Shown: positions 18,421-27,166, counted from the first letter of the stretch. The stretch is 29,237 nt of DNA from Clostridiaceae bacterium (GCA_012799825.1 JAAZKK010000050.1:1-29237); one strand, 5' to 3'. Program-made: numbers and translations. Notes: generated from the letters alone by a model not told the origin.

Positions 18421-18587
18421 GATACTTACCTCCTCATTTTCTTTTACTATGGTGTATCATTGTGTATCCCGCAGGTGTCCTCACTCGACAGAAGTGTGTC
18501 CTGTCTTTTTAGTGGGGAGTTTCACACAAACGGGAAACTTCCAACCGGATTTATCCGCCTCCACAGAACACTGCGCAGCGGGTGCCT

Positions 18588-19811
18588 TTATACCGGAAAA
18601 GCCGGCAGGGCAAGTAGCTCTAAAAAGCTAGTGCCGTTTTCTGGCGAAGCGGCACCGAAGTAAGCGGTGGCGGTTGCCCCTATGTCAGAAAGGGTCTCAC
18701 ACACACCAATGTTCAAGGGTCCACCCTGATGAGAATGGATCATCAAAGGCACCATTTCCCGAGTGTGGTGCGGATGGCCAATGGCGGGATCGTTCCCATG
18801 ATCCGCCATCACCACCAAGATATCGTCACCGCTCAATTCCCCTACAATGTCCGCAATGCCCGCGTCGGCAACCTCGAGTATGCTGGCAAATAACATCGCG
18901 TCCTCCTGGTGGCCACTCAAATCAGTTTCCTGCACATTGACGCAAAAAAAGCCAGATTTCTCTTTTCGTAAAAGCGCTAGGGTCTCCTTTAGAACGGCTC
19001 TTGTGTCCACCATAGATACACTGGTTCCGTAGGCATTGCTCACCACATCTGCCACCTTACCAAGCAGGTACACCGGTACGTCCATCTTCCCTAGAATAGT
19101 AGGCACCTGCACCTCCGCATTCACTCCGTAACCCAAATGTACGCAATGGTAATCGCTTCGGTATACGCCTGAGGCGGGAGCGTTGACTCCGATATAAGCT
19201 CCATATTCTTCTATGGCGGCCAACATGTCCGGTAGATGCACCCCTCGTCCTCCGAAAACGATTACTCGTGAAATGGTGCTAACCTCACGCACAAGCCGCC
19301 CAACCTCCACTGCCCACTCAAATGAAATGTCGTCGAGGGCAACCGTGACATTGAACGCCAAGCCAGGATCACACTCGATATTGTCGGCAATAGTAATACA
19401 CTCCTCTACAATCAGTAGCCGCTCTTGATCGCCCTGATACACACGGGTATTCCATCCGTTTTTGGTTAGAGTATCGTTTATTGTGTCCAGTTTGTTCTTG
19501 ATCGGTTCCATGACAGGTTTTTTTGGCAAGGTGCCCATGATCTCCTGATGGCCGAAGAAGGTATCCGCGCCGTCGTGCATAAGCTTTGCCCTTCCCCACA
19601 CCGCCGTTTTGCTGTACAGGATAGAATTCGTCTCAAATCCGCTGGCATTGGCAAGACCCAACCGCGACAAGGTGGGCAACTCAAGAGAAGGCACCGCTTT
19701 TACTATGTGCGCAAAGGTATTAGCGCCATGGTCTTGCGGACGCACAGAAGACACGTCAGGCATCTCCCCGATGCCAAAACCATCCAAGACAATAACAATG
19801 AATCTTCCCAT
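18588..19811 (-). CDS. yhfW: YhfW-like phosphopentomutase / metalloenzyme-superfamily phosphomutase, 407 aa
   Basis: MGRFIVIVLDGFGIGEMPDV is the DeoB/YhfW metal-binding N-terminus, and ADHGNDP lies near the C-terminus. I prefer the ATG at 19811, behind GAAAGGcgcaaa. The ATG at 19844 is an alternative start. Confidence 0.85.
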   Translation of the reverse strand: MGRFIVIVLDGFGIGEMPDVSSVRPQDHGANTFAHIVKAVPSLELPTLSRLGLANASGFETNSILYSKTAVWGRAKLMHDGADTFFGHQEIMGTLPKKPVMEPIKNKLDTINDTLTKNGWNTRVYQGDQERLLIVEECITIADNIECDPGLAFNVTVALDDISFEWAVEVGRLVREVSTISRVIVFGGRGVHLPDMLAAIEEYGAYIGVNAPASGVYRSDYHCVHLGYGVNAEVQVPTILGKMDVPVYLLGKVADVVSNAYGTSVSMVDTRAVLKETLALLRKEKSGFFCVNVQETDLSGHQEDAMLFASILEVADAGIADIVGELSGDDILVVMADHGNDPAIGHPHHTREMVPLMIHSHQGGPLNIGVCETLSDIGATATAYFGAASPENGTSFLELLALPAFPV

Positions 19812-20060
19812 TTTGCGCCTTTCTGCTTGGGATGGTGTTAACAACTAACTTATATACAGAATTTTGTACTATTTGCTATATCATATCACGTGTTTTACCC
19901 TGCGTCAATGCACGATACATATGAATTATTTGTTTATAAATTGTGCATTTTCCATAATTATTCGGAATCATTATTGCTCTTTTCTCTGCGTGATGATATA
20001 GTTCTATTGATATATATATTACTCTGTATATTTAAATTGTTGCATAAGGAGGACATTGTT

Positions 20061-20987
20061 ATGAGTTCGGCCAACACCATGTTCCGACAAAAAGTGGGCA
20101 TCGCTGCACAGCAAATTGCCGCTCAAATCATCCCGCTGGACGTGGGAAACCGGGTTCCGACAGTTTCGGATTGGACCCTGCAGTTAGGCGTTGCGCGAGG
20201 TACGATCCAGACGGCAATCCAATATTTGAGAGATTCTGGTGCTGTCAAACTACAGTTCAGGGGGAAAAAGGGTTCCTATATTGTACAGATGGATCGTATG
20301 AAACTTACTGAAATAGCAGGCTTACACGGTTTGATTGGGGTTATGCCGCTTCCGTATTCTAAAAAATACGAGGGGCTAGCAACGGGAATTTATAATGTAT
20401 TAAACGATGCCGGGCTGAACACCAACCTAGCTTTTATGCGTGGATCCGATAACCGCCTGCGCACACTTATGCAAGAGCGGTGCGATTTTGCGGTGATGTC
20501 AGAGCTAACCGCTGAGTACTACATAAAAATGGGTTATCAGGTTGCGGTAGTGCTGAACCTAGGCAATTTTTCCTATGTGGACAAGCACGTGGTGTTGGTA
20601 AGAAAGGACTTTAAAGGCCATTTCAACGGTTTAAAGGTAGGTGTTGACAACTCCTCCATCGATCAGAAAATGATGACGGCCTCCTTTTTTGAAAGATACA
20701 ACGTAACCTACGTCCCGCTCATTTACAGCGATATCATTGCCAGTCTTCGAAGTAGAAAAATAGACGCCGCTGTATGGAATTTTGACAATATTAATTTCTC
20801 GGAAAACGAACTCTCCTATTTGCCGATCAGCCAGAATGAGTTGCAAATTGCCGACACTCGTGCAGTGATTCTATGTCGCCAGGCTGATACACTGGTGTGT
20901 TCCCTTCTGGGAAAAAACGTAAACGCCCAAAGCATCTTAGAATATCAGCGCGACGTTCTCGTAGGCAGAATGACTCCGCGCTACTGA
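20061..20987 (+). CDS. yhfZ: YhfZ-like transcriptional regulator (N-terminal HTH plus YhfZ C-terminal ligand domain), 308 aa
   Basis: I trimmed ORF 19890..20987 to the ATG at 20061, behind AAGGAGGacattgtt. GVARGTIQTAIQYLRDSGAV, MPLPYSKKYEGLATG and LAFMRGSDNRL match my memory of E. coli YhfZ. The gene is divergent from the operon. Confidence 0.85.
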   Translation: MSSANTMFRQKVGIAAQQIAAQIIPLDVGNRVPTVSDWTLQLGVARGTIQTAIQYLRDSGAVKLQFRGKKGSYIVQMDRMKLTEIAGLHGLIGVMPLPYSKKYEGLATGIYNVLNDAGLNTNLAFMRGSDNRLRTLMQERCDFAVMSELTAEYYIKMGYQVAVVLNLGNFSYVDKHVVLVRKDFKGHFNGLKVGVDNSSIDQKMMTASFFERYNVTYVPLIYSDIIASLRSRKIDAAVWNFDNINFSENELSYLPISQNELQIADTRAVILCRQADTLVCSLLGKNVNAQSILEYQRDVLVGRMTPRY

Positions 20988-21135
20988 GACGAGGCCGGTG
21001 TAAAAAACTGTACTTGTGCTAAGAGTGACATCTTATCCGCAATTTGAAACATCTTCGGGTACAAAGAAATAGACCGAATTGTATGACTGTGATCTAGTTT
21101 TGAAAAAGAAAAGAGCCGTCTCAAAAAGTGAAGCA

Positions 21136-21559
21136 GTCATTAGTCTGTCTATACCGGATAATCGCTGGGTCAAGTTGACGAACCTTATTTCTCGGCCCTT
21201 TGTAGAAATGAAGTACCGGAAGAATTTTCGCGGTAATCGTGGATAGCAAGCTCATTGCGCATCACAGACATCCATCTTGCGGCCAGGCACGGCTTTAATA
21301 TATTGTGTATTCACAAGCATGGCGCGCACGTTCATCACTTCCAAGATGTTGTAGATGGGCTTCTAATATGAACCCGTACTCTCCATTGCCACCATCTGAA
21401 TCTTTCGTTTCAATAACCATTCGCAAAGCACAATCAGATCTCCGGTCATCGTCCCAAATGTCCATATCTCTTGTCGATTCTTCTCGTCTAAACAGCAGGA
21501 AACGATCTTTGCTTAGCGAATATCCATCCCACAACAACGCTCATATACAACTTTCATAG
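21136..21559 (+). pseudogene. Frameshifted remnant of a transposase N-terminal domain (IS4/IS5-superfamily, InsH-N-like)
   Basis: Frame 1 reads SIPDNRWVKLTNLISRPFVEMKYRKNFRGNRG and then hits a stop. Frame 2 reads ...NMNPYSPLPPSESFVSITIRKAQ. The remembered consensus is IPeDNrWVkLaklIPW...kY...F..n.Gn ... eNPY...PFdpS..v.FRKR. No DDE domain follows. Confidence 0.35.
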
Positions 21560-22228
21560 AATCCTCCCATAGAGCGCGGCATCTCATATCCCTTGATCTA
21601 TTACGCGTGCTCGGCTAGGCCGGCAACAATGTGTGGTGCAAATAAGATGCCAAACCAGACTACATAACAGGCTTGGAGCACTATTGTGACCTCGATCTTT
21701 GTCTGCTAAGAAAATTCTACGCTAAAATCGCCGCAACAACCCGGTTATGTAGCGCATGGCGAGGAATAGGACACGACGCCTCATGGAGGACTACATGTTG
21801 TCTTTGCTATCTGTCCAATGTATCAGTGTTTTAATTCTTTCTCTGTTATTAACGCCTCAAAGTCCTTCTAAGAGCCTTCTTTTCCGATTTAGGTCAATGT
21901 CGCTGAAATAAATTCTACTTTTCCAAAATTGGTCATGATCCCAGGATAACCTCCGCATAATCGTCAAAACCATGGTATCATTCGTGTATTCCACACCGTT
22001 ATAAAAGACTCTAATCATATTGTCGGGGAAGAATTTTCATGGCAAGAATAGAGCGTAAGAATCGCATCTTCCCCACTCCGCTTTCAAGATCATCTTTTGT
22101 TAATTTTAGGAGCCTATTTCTTTACTGAATAGCTGCTTAATAGGGTAGGTAAGCGTAAAATGCAAACCACTGTTAACAATTCTGGATAAATATAAATTAG
22201 AAGAAAAATAGGATGAGAATCGTGGGTT

Positions 22229-22879
22229 TCAAACAACTGCTTCGTCAAAAACACCGTCTGATACGAGACGTGATCGATCACACCGTGTCAAAGTGTCTTG
22301 GAGTACCAATGTGTCGTGCTCGCGCGCAATCTTTTCATAAAAATCAGACGCTTCCAGTGACAGAATACAGCCGCAGTATTTTTGGCGATAGAGCCCTATT
22401 TCTTTTGCCATCTGCTGGCCGCGACGGTAACCGTTACGCCAATCGCATGGAACAAACTCGATCGAGTACGGCTCACATGCGCGCCTGCCTTCCTCAATCA
22501 AAACATCGCGATTTTGCCACGGACTGACGAGTAACGTCGTGCTGACGTATTTGATGCCTAGTCTGTGCGCTACTTTTGCCAGGTGCTCAAGACGAACACG
22601 ATAACAAAAACGGCACCGCCCAGCACCGTCATTTGCGCGTTCTCGCCAAGCACTCGGCACACAAAGTGGATTGACGATCAACGGAATTTCGTAATATGCA
22701 GCCGCCTTGCTGGCGTTTTCCATACGGCGGCGCCATTCCATATTTGGATGAATATTGGGGTTAAAGAATAGCAATGTTACGTCGACGCCGGCATGGAGAA
22801 GCGTGTCGAGCGGCCACATTGAGCACGGACCGCAACATTGATGAAGCAGCCATTTCTGACCTTTATACTCCTCGTTCAT
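22229..22879 (-). CDS. queH: Epoxyqueuosine reductase QueH (DUF208), 216 aa
   Basis: LLHQCCGPCS, FFNPNIHP, RCRFCYRVRLE, STTLLVSPWQN and YRQKYCGCILS are the QueH Cys motifs. Confidence 0.9.
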   Translation of the reverse strand: MNEEYKGQKWLLHQCCGPCSMWPLDTLLHAGVDVTLLFFNPNIHPNMEWRRRMENASKAAAYYEIPLIVNPLCVPSAWRERANDGAGRCRFCYRVRLEHLAKVAHRLGIKYVSTTLLVSPWQNRDVLIEEGRRACEPYSIEFVPCDWRNGYRRGQQMAKEIGLYRQKYCGCILSLEASDFYEKIAREHDTLVLQDTLTRCDRSRLVSDGVFDEAVV

Positions 22880-23066
22880 ATGAACCCCTGTCCATCGTAT
22901 AGATCATTGATTGTGATTTGCGCGTCTGGCAAAACACAGGAATCGTCTCGTATTGTGAACGGCTACATAGCAAGCTCGTTATTTTGGCCTTTGCACACCC
23001 CGGAGAACTGTCGCGTCTTATGAACGGCCACACAGCAAACTCGTTTTTGGCTACTGCACTCCGCGT
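22866..23066. repeat. Two decayed tandem copies (about 100-bp period) of the last ~100 bp of ruvB
   Basis: cgttcatatgaacccctgtccatcgtatagatcattgattgtgatttgcgc (22873-) matches cgttcacatgtcaccctgaccatctattagatcgttgagcgtgatttgcgc (23063-) at about 79% over 52 nt by hand count. ggaatcgtctcgtattgtgaacggc, agaactgtcgcgtcttatgaacggc and the ruvB sequence ggaattgtcgcgtgtcttgtaaggc are related. Confidence 0.75.
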
Positions 23067-24185
23067 TCACATGTCACCCTGACCATCTATTAGATCGTTG
23101 AGCGTGATTTGCGCATCAGAAACTCCGCGGGAATTGTCGCGTGTCTTGTAAGGCAACCCGAGATGCTCATACCCTCCCCTTGTCAAAATACGTCCGCGCG
23201 GCGTCTTCGCGATAAAGCCAATTTGCATTAGGTATGGCTCGTAAATATCTTCGATCGTCACCGAATCTTCTCCGGTCGAAGCTGCCAAAGTATCTAAGCC
23301 AACGGGGCCGCCGTCGTAAATTTCCGCAATGATGCGCATGATCAGCCGGTCATTGCCGTCGAGCCCGATTTCATCAATGTCAAGAGCCTTCAAACCAATA
23401 TCACATATTTCGCGATTGATGACGTTGTCGCCGATGATTTGCGCGTAATCACGCATGCGACGCAAAAGCCTTATAGCGACACGCGGCGTACCGCGGCAGC
23501 GAGTTGAAAGCACCTCTAGGCCATCGGCATCTATGCCGACGCCGAGCAAGCCGGCATATCTTGTCAAAATCAACGCAATGTCAGCAGGTTTATAGAGATC
23601 GAGACGCTGAATCAGTCCGAATCGGTCACGCAGCGGTGATGTCAGAAGACCGGCGCGTGTCGTCGCGCCAATCAGCGTAAAATGCGGCAAATCCAGTCGG
23701 ATTGAACGCGCAGAAGGACCTTTTCCGATCATAATATCCAGCGCGTAATCTTCCATAGCCGGATAAAGAATCTCTTCGACTTGGCGGTTTAAGCGATGTA
23801 TTTCATCGATGAACAGCACATCGTGCTCATTGAGATTGGTGAGAATAGCGGCAAGATCGCCTTGGCGCTCAATCGCAGGCCCGGACGTAATGCGCATCTC
23901 CGCCCCCATCTCATGCGCGATGATGCCGGCTAGCGTCGTTTTTCCCAGACCGGGCGGACCATAAAGGAGAACGTGATCGAGCGCTTCCCCACGTGCTATC
24001 GCCGCGTCGATCGCAATTTTCAAGTTCGCTTTAACCTTGTCTTGGCCGAAGTAGTCATTCCAACGAACCGGTCGAAATTGGATTTCTTCTTTGTCTTCAC
24101 GGAGCGCCTTGCGGGAAAGAACTCGTTCTTCCGCCTGTTCACTCTCATCGTCATATTCAAATGGTTCTCTGTGAAAAAAATCCAT
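23067..24185 (-). CDS. ruvB: Holliday junction branch-migration helicase RuvB, 372 aa
   Basis: Walker [26 protein letters not shown] and [13 protein letters not shown]. The protein has N-terminal acidic and C-terminal extensions relative to typical RuvB. Confidence 0.97.
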   Translation of the reverse strand: MDFFHREPFEYDDESEQAEERVLSRKALREDKEEIQFRPVRWNDYFGQDKVKANLKIAIDAAIARGEALDHVLLYGPPGLGKTTLAGIIAHEMGAEMRITSGPAIERQGDLAAILTNLNEHDVLFIDEIHRLNRQVEEILYPAMEDYALDIMIGKGPSARSIRLDLPHFTLIGATTRAGLLTSPLRDRFGLIQRLDLYKPADIALILTRYAGLLGVGIDADGLEVLSTRCRGTPRVAIRLLRRMRDYAQIIGDNVINREICDIGLKALDIDEIGLDGNDRLIMRIIAEIYDGGPVGLDTLAASTGEDSVTIEDIYEPYLMQIGFIAKTPRGRILTRGGYEHLGLPYKTRDNSRGVSDAQITLNDLIDGQGDM

Positions 24186-24275
24186 ACCTACCTCGCCGTC
24201 GTTGAGCTTCTTTCACCAAAGCGCATTATCTGCCTATGTCATCTTATCAGATCCTGTCTTTGTGAGGTTACAGGA

Positions 24276-24887
24276 TTAGACGATCGCAAGGTGTTTGAGC
24301 GCGCGTTTCAGCAGCGTTTCGACGGTGTCGCCTGGCTCAGGATTGGCGCGTCGTATCGCTTCGTCGGCTTCTGCTCGGCTATAGCCTAAGACCGCCAAGG
24401 CGACCCCTGCTTCTTCGATAATCCCGCTGCTGGGTGAAAGCGTCGGTGTCGCAGACAAATCCTCGCGCGTAATGGGGACACCGGATTTTTTCAGTTTGTC
24501 CTTTAACTCAAGGATCATGCGCGCGGCACTTTTTTTGCCGACACCACGAATGGCGGTGAGCCGCTGTACATCTTCTTGTAAAATAGCAAGCGCAAACTCG
24601 CCTGGCGACACGGCGTCAACAATCTGAAGCGCCAATTTCGGACCGATCCCGCTCACTGTCTGGACGAGTTCAAAGAGTTTCTTTTCTTCCTCTGCTTGAA
24701 AACCAAAGAGGGCAAGCTCATTTTCACGGACGTGCAAGAACGTGTAAACAGTGCATTCTTCGCCGGAAGGCGGAAGCGATGCAACCATACGTGCAGGCAT
24801 CTCAATTAGAAAGCCGATGCCGCTCTGCTCCAGAACAATTTGTTGCGTTCCCTTGCGGACAATACGCCCTTTTATGCTTGCGATCAT
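24276..24887 (-). CDS. ruvA: Holliday junction DNA-binding protein RuvA, 203 aa
   Basis: I trimmed the ORF to the ATG at 24887, behind AAGAGGTGcattggt. MIASIKGRIV...GIGFLIEMP...VSGIGPKLAL...L..IRGVGKKSAARMILELK. Confidence 0.95.
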   Translation of the reverse strand: MIASIKGRIVRKGTQQIVLEQSGIGFLIEMPARMVASLPPSGEECTVYTFLHVRENELALFGFQAEEEKKLFELVQTVSGIGPKLALQIVDAVSPGEFALAILQEDVQRLTAIRGVGKKSAARMILELKDKLKKSGVPITREDLSATPTLSPSSGIIEEAGVALAVLGYSRAEADEAIRRANPEPGDTVETLLKRALKHLAIV

Positions 24888-24912
24888 ACCAATGCACCTC
24901 TTTTCGTCTCGT

Positions 24913-25223
24913 CTATAGGCGAGCACCCTCGCCCATTCGTAATTTACCCATCTGTAGTTTAGCGCATCCGTCTATCCATAGGCTAGCACCACCATATGCC
25001 AGCGGGCTAGCACCACCATATGCCAGCGGGCTGGAACCACCACATGCCTGCGGACTAACACCACAACATGCCAACGAGCTAACACCTCCACATGCCGACG
25101 GGATAGCACAGTCACTCTTCAGTGGGTTAAGCGCGAACGCCGTTCGTTAGACTAAACACGGATACCCATCATTAAGTTAAGCACGAACACACCTCATTAG
25201 GTCAAAGCGAAAGCCCAACTGTG
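24913..25223. repeat. 24-bp-period tandem array, about 12 units, filling the ruvC-ruvA spacer and grading into the ruvC stop region
   Basis: ggctagcaccaccatatgccagcg occurs twice exactly (24981-25004 and 25005-25028). It is followed by ggctggaaccaccacatgcctgcg, gactaacaccacaacatgccaacg, agctaacacctccacatgccgacg, ..., ttaagcgcgaacgccgttcgttag, ttaagcacgaacacacctcattag and tcaaagcgaaagcccaactgtg. The ruvC end is tcagcgccctcgccgcttcggcgg. Confidence 0.8.
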
Positions 25224-25754
25224 TCAGCGCCCTCGCCGCTTCGGCGGCCCCTTCTGGTATCCGCCGACGGCGCGGGTTGAATCGAGATCACCCGTATGCG
25301 CGTGGCAAATCGCGACAGCCAAGGCGTCCGCGGCATCATCGGGTTTGGGAACATCTTTCAAATTAAGCAAAATGCGCACCATTTCCTGAACCTGCGCTTT
25401 TTCTGCGTGACCGTAACCGGTAACGGCTACTTTGACTTGCATCGGCGTGTATTCATGAACGGGCAGGTTCTCCCTCGCAGCCGCGACGACGGCCACACCG
25501 CGAGCTTGAGCCGTACCCATGGCCGTTGTCGTATTGCGATAGAAAAACAATTCTTCGACGGCGACGCAGTCAGGCCGATACAATTGAATTAGGGAATCGA
25601 TGCCTTGATCAATGGCCAAAAGTCGTTCAGGAAAGGGCATGCCCGCCGACGTCTCGATCGTTCCGAAATCAAGCGTATTAAAACGCCGACCGTCATGTTC
25701 GACCACGCCGAACCCTGTAATCGCATAACCGGGATCGATACCCAGAATGATCAC
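25224..25754 (-). CDS. ruvC: Crossover junction endodeoxyribonuclease RuvC, about 176 aa
   Basis: IILGIDPGYAITGFGVV, VAVEELFF and DAADALAVAICHAH. The ORF caller starts at the TTG at 25760. I prefer the GTG at 25754, which lies 6 nt after AAAGGTGG. Confidence 0.92.
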   Translation of the reverse strand: MIILGIDPGYAITGFGVVEHDGRRFNTLDFGTIETSAGMPFPERLLAIDQGIDSLIQLYRPDCVAVEELFFYRNTTTAMGTAQARGVAVVAAARENLPVHEYTPMQVKVAVTGYGHAEKAQVQEMVRILLNLKDVPKPDDAADALAVAICHAHTGDLDSTRAVGGYQKGPPKRRGR

Positions 25755-25821
25755 GTTCAACCACCTTTCACGCGCGTTCTGTAAAACCTATTATAAATGG
25801 GAATTTGTCCGTTTTTGCCCG

Positions 25822-26835
25822 TCAGCTTTCCATGAAAGTGTGTAGCGCATTGATGTTCTTCACCCAATCAATATCATACATCTCGAGATCGTAAATGTAT
25901 TTCATCGCTTCATACGTTTCGAGAGGAAGCGACAACTGATCGAATGAATAGCCCTTATACTGCGGCGCTTTGAGGATGAACTGCATCATCTCCTGATCGG
26001 TGAGATTCGTCTTCACGCAGGGCATCAGCGCTTTGACCGAATCGTTAAGACGCGTAAGGTCGCTGCTCTTCATCTTATCAAAAAGCGCTAAAATCACCTT
26101 CCGCTGACGTCCCATGCGATTGAAATCGGAGTCGATTTTTCGAATGCGCGCATACGCAAGCGCTTGCTTACCGTTTAATAGCGCCTTTCCCACCTTAAAG
26201 TCCGCTTGTCCGGCCTCCTTATGCGAATTCAGGATCTTAGCTTCGGCTTCCGTAAGGACAATATCGACACCGCCCACCCGATCGATCGCCGTCTGAAATC
26301 CGCCAAAATCGGTTTGCATGTAACGCGTGACGTGCACTCGAAAGTTGCGCTGAACGGTCTTCAAGAGCAGCCTCGGGCCTCCCCACGTATGCGCTGCATT
26401 CAGCATGAAAAGCGGCACGTAAAAGTCGCGGAAAGCCGGATCGGGGTCGTTAGGGATGCTCACGTAAATCCCTCTCATCAGTGATGACAGATGAAGCGAC
26501 TTTGTTTTGTCGTTGATGGTGAGCAGCATGATCGCATCGGCACGTCCGTGACTTTCCGGATCACGAGTGTCGGTACCTATGATGAGTATATTCGTCAGCC
26601 CTTTGTCATCGACTAAGGGGACCTGCATCCCGTGACGCATATGATCAGGGACATCAAGCTGTTCAAGACCTGTTTCGATCGGAATCGGATCGTCGATCGG
26701 CTCGTAATCTCGAAGCCCGACGATCGAACGAAGGTACACGTACCCTAAAAGAACGACAGCAAGAAGCAAGCCGAGGACCACACCAAAAGCGATCAACGGC
26801 CAGCGTCTACGTTTCGAAGAATGTCGGGCAACCAT
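25822..26835 (-). CDS. LytR-CpsA-Psr (LCP) family cell-envelope phosphotransferase, 337 aa
   Basis: N-terminal TM segment WPLIAFGVVLGLLLAVVLLGYVY, plus ILIIGTDTRD...GRADAIMLLTIN and ALAYARIRK motifs. No obvious SD. Confidence 0.9.
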   Translation of the reverse strand: MVARHSSKRRRWPLIAFGVVLGLLLAVVLLGYVYLRSIVGLRDYEPIDDPIPIETGLEQLDVPDHMRHGMQVPLVDDKGLTNILIIGTDTRDPESHGRADAIMLLTINDKTKSLHLSSLMRGIYVSIPNDPDPAFRDFYVPLFMLNAAHTWGGPRLLLKTVQRNFRVHVTRYMQTDFGGFQTAIDRVGGVDIVLTEAEAKILNSHKEAGQADFKVGKALLNGKQALAYARIRKIDSDFNRMGRQRKVILALFDKMKSSDLTRLNDSVKALMPCVKTNLTDQEMMQFILKAPQYKGYSFDQLSLPLETYEAMKYIYDLEMYDIDWVKNINALHTFMES

Positions 26836-26845
26836 GATTTGGTAC

Positions 26846-26883
26846 CAAAAAAAGATGCTCGCAGGATACCCGCGGCCGCATCT
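26846..26883 (-). terminator. Intrinsic terminator after rpsT
   Basis: Minus-strand RNA AGAUGC-GGC-CGCGGG-UAU-CCUGCG-A-GCAUCU followed by UUUUUUUGG. It sits between the rpsT stop and the LCP start. Confidence 0.7.
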
Positions 26884-26905
26884 TTAGCACATCTTGATTG
26901 TGCGT

Positions 26906-27166
26906 TTAGTCCGAGAGTTGCTGAGTGCGGGCAATCCGAGCCTTGCGGCGTGCAGCCGTATTCTTGGAAATGATGTTGTCCGTCACCGCACGGTCAAGAG
27001 CCGCTTGCGCTTCGCGCGCCAGCTTTTCGGCGTCGTCTTGGCCTTGCTCCTTAGCAAAAATGGCTTTCCTGACAAGTGTATTCATTTCCGATCTACGGTT
27101 TTTGTTTGCCACTCTCTTCGCTTCCGACGAGCGGACACGTTTTATTGAAGATTTAATATTTGCCAC
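26906..27166 (-). CDS. rpsT: 30S ribosomal protein S20, 86 aa
   Basis: GTG start at 27166, behind GGGAGGTaacaaac. (M)ANIKSSIKRVRSSEAKRVANKNRRSEMNT... is canonical S20. The longer ORF 26906..27259 is an upstream extension. Confidence 0.93.
   Translation of the reverse strand: MANIKSSIKRVRSSEAKRVANKNRRSEMNTLVRKAIFAKEQGQDDAEKLAREAQAALDRAVTDNIISKNTAARRKARIARTQQLSD

Noticed and set aside
21560-22228. Searched for the DDE catalytic part of the transposase, a group II intron, a retron or other structured RNA, or an intact gene
   Set aside because: All six frames are broken by stops. I found no convincing conserved RNA motif (no domain V-like hairpin) and only short gene-like stretches (for example ...NGVEYTNDTMVLTIMRRLSWDHDQFW on the minus strand), so I treat the region as degraded sequence.
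24779-25150. ORF encoding the repeated peptide LAPPYASG / LEPPHACG / LTPQHANE
   Set aside because: It is simply the translation of the 24-bp array on the strand opposite to all neighbouring genes, and it overlaps the ruvA 5' end. It has no RBS.
24913-25223. CRISPR array (also considered for 2700-3013 and 28700-28905)
   Set aside because: The units are contiguous with no unique spacers, the repeats drift progressively instead of being conserved, the periods are too short, and no cas genes are present.
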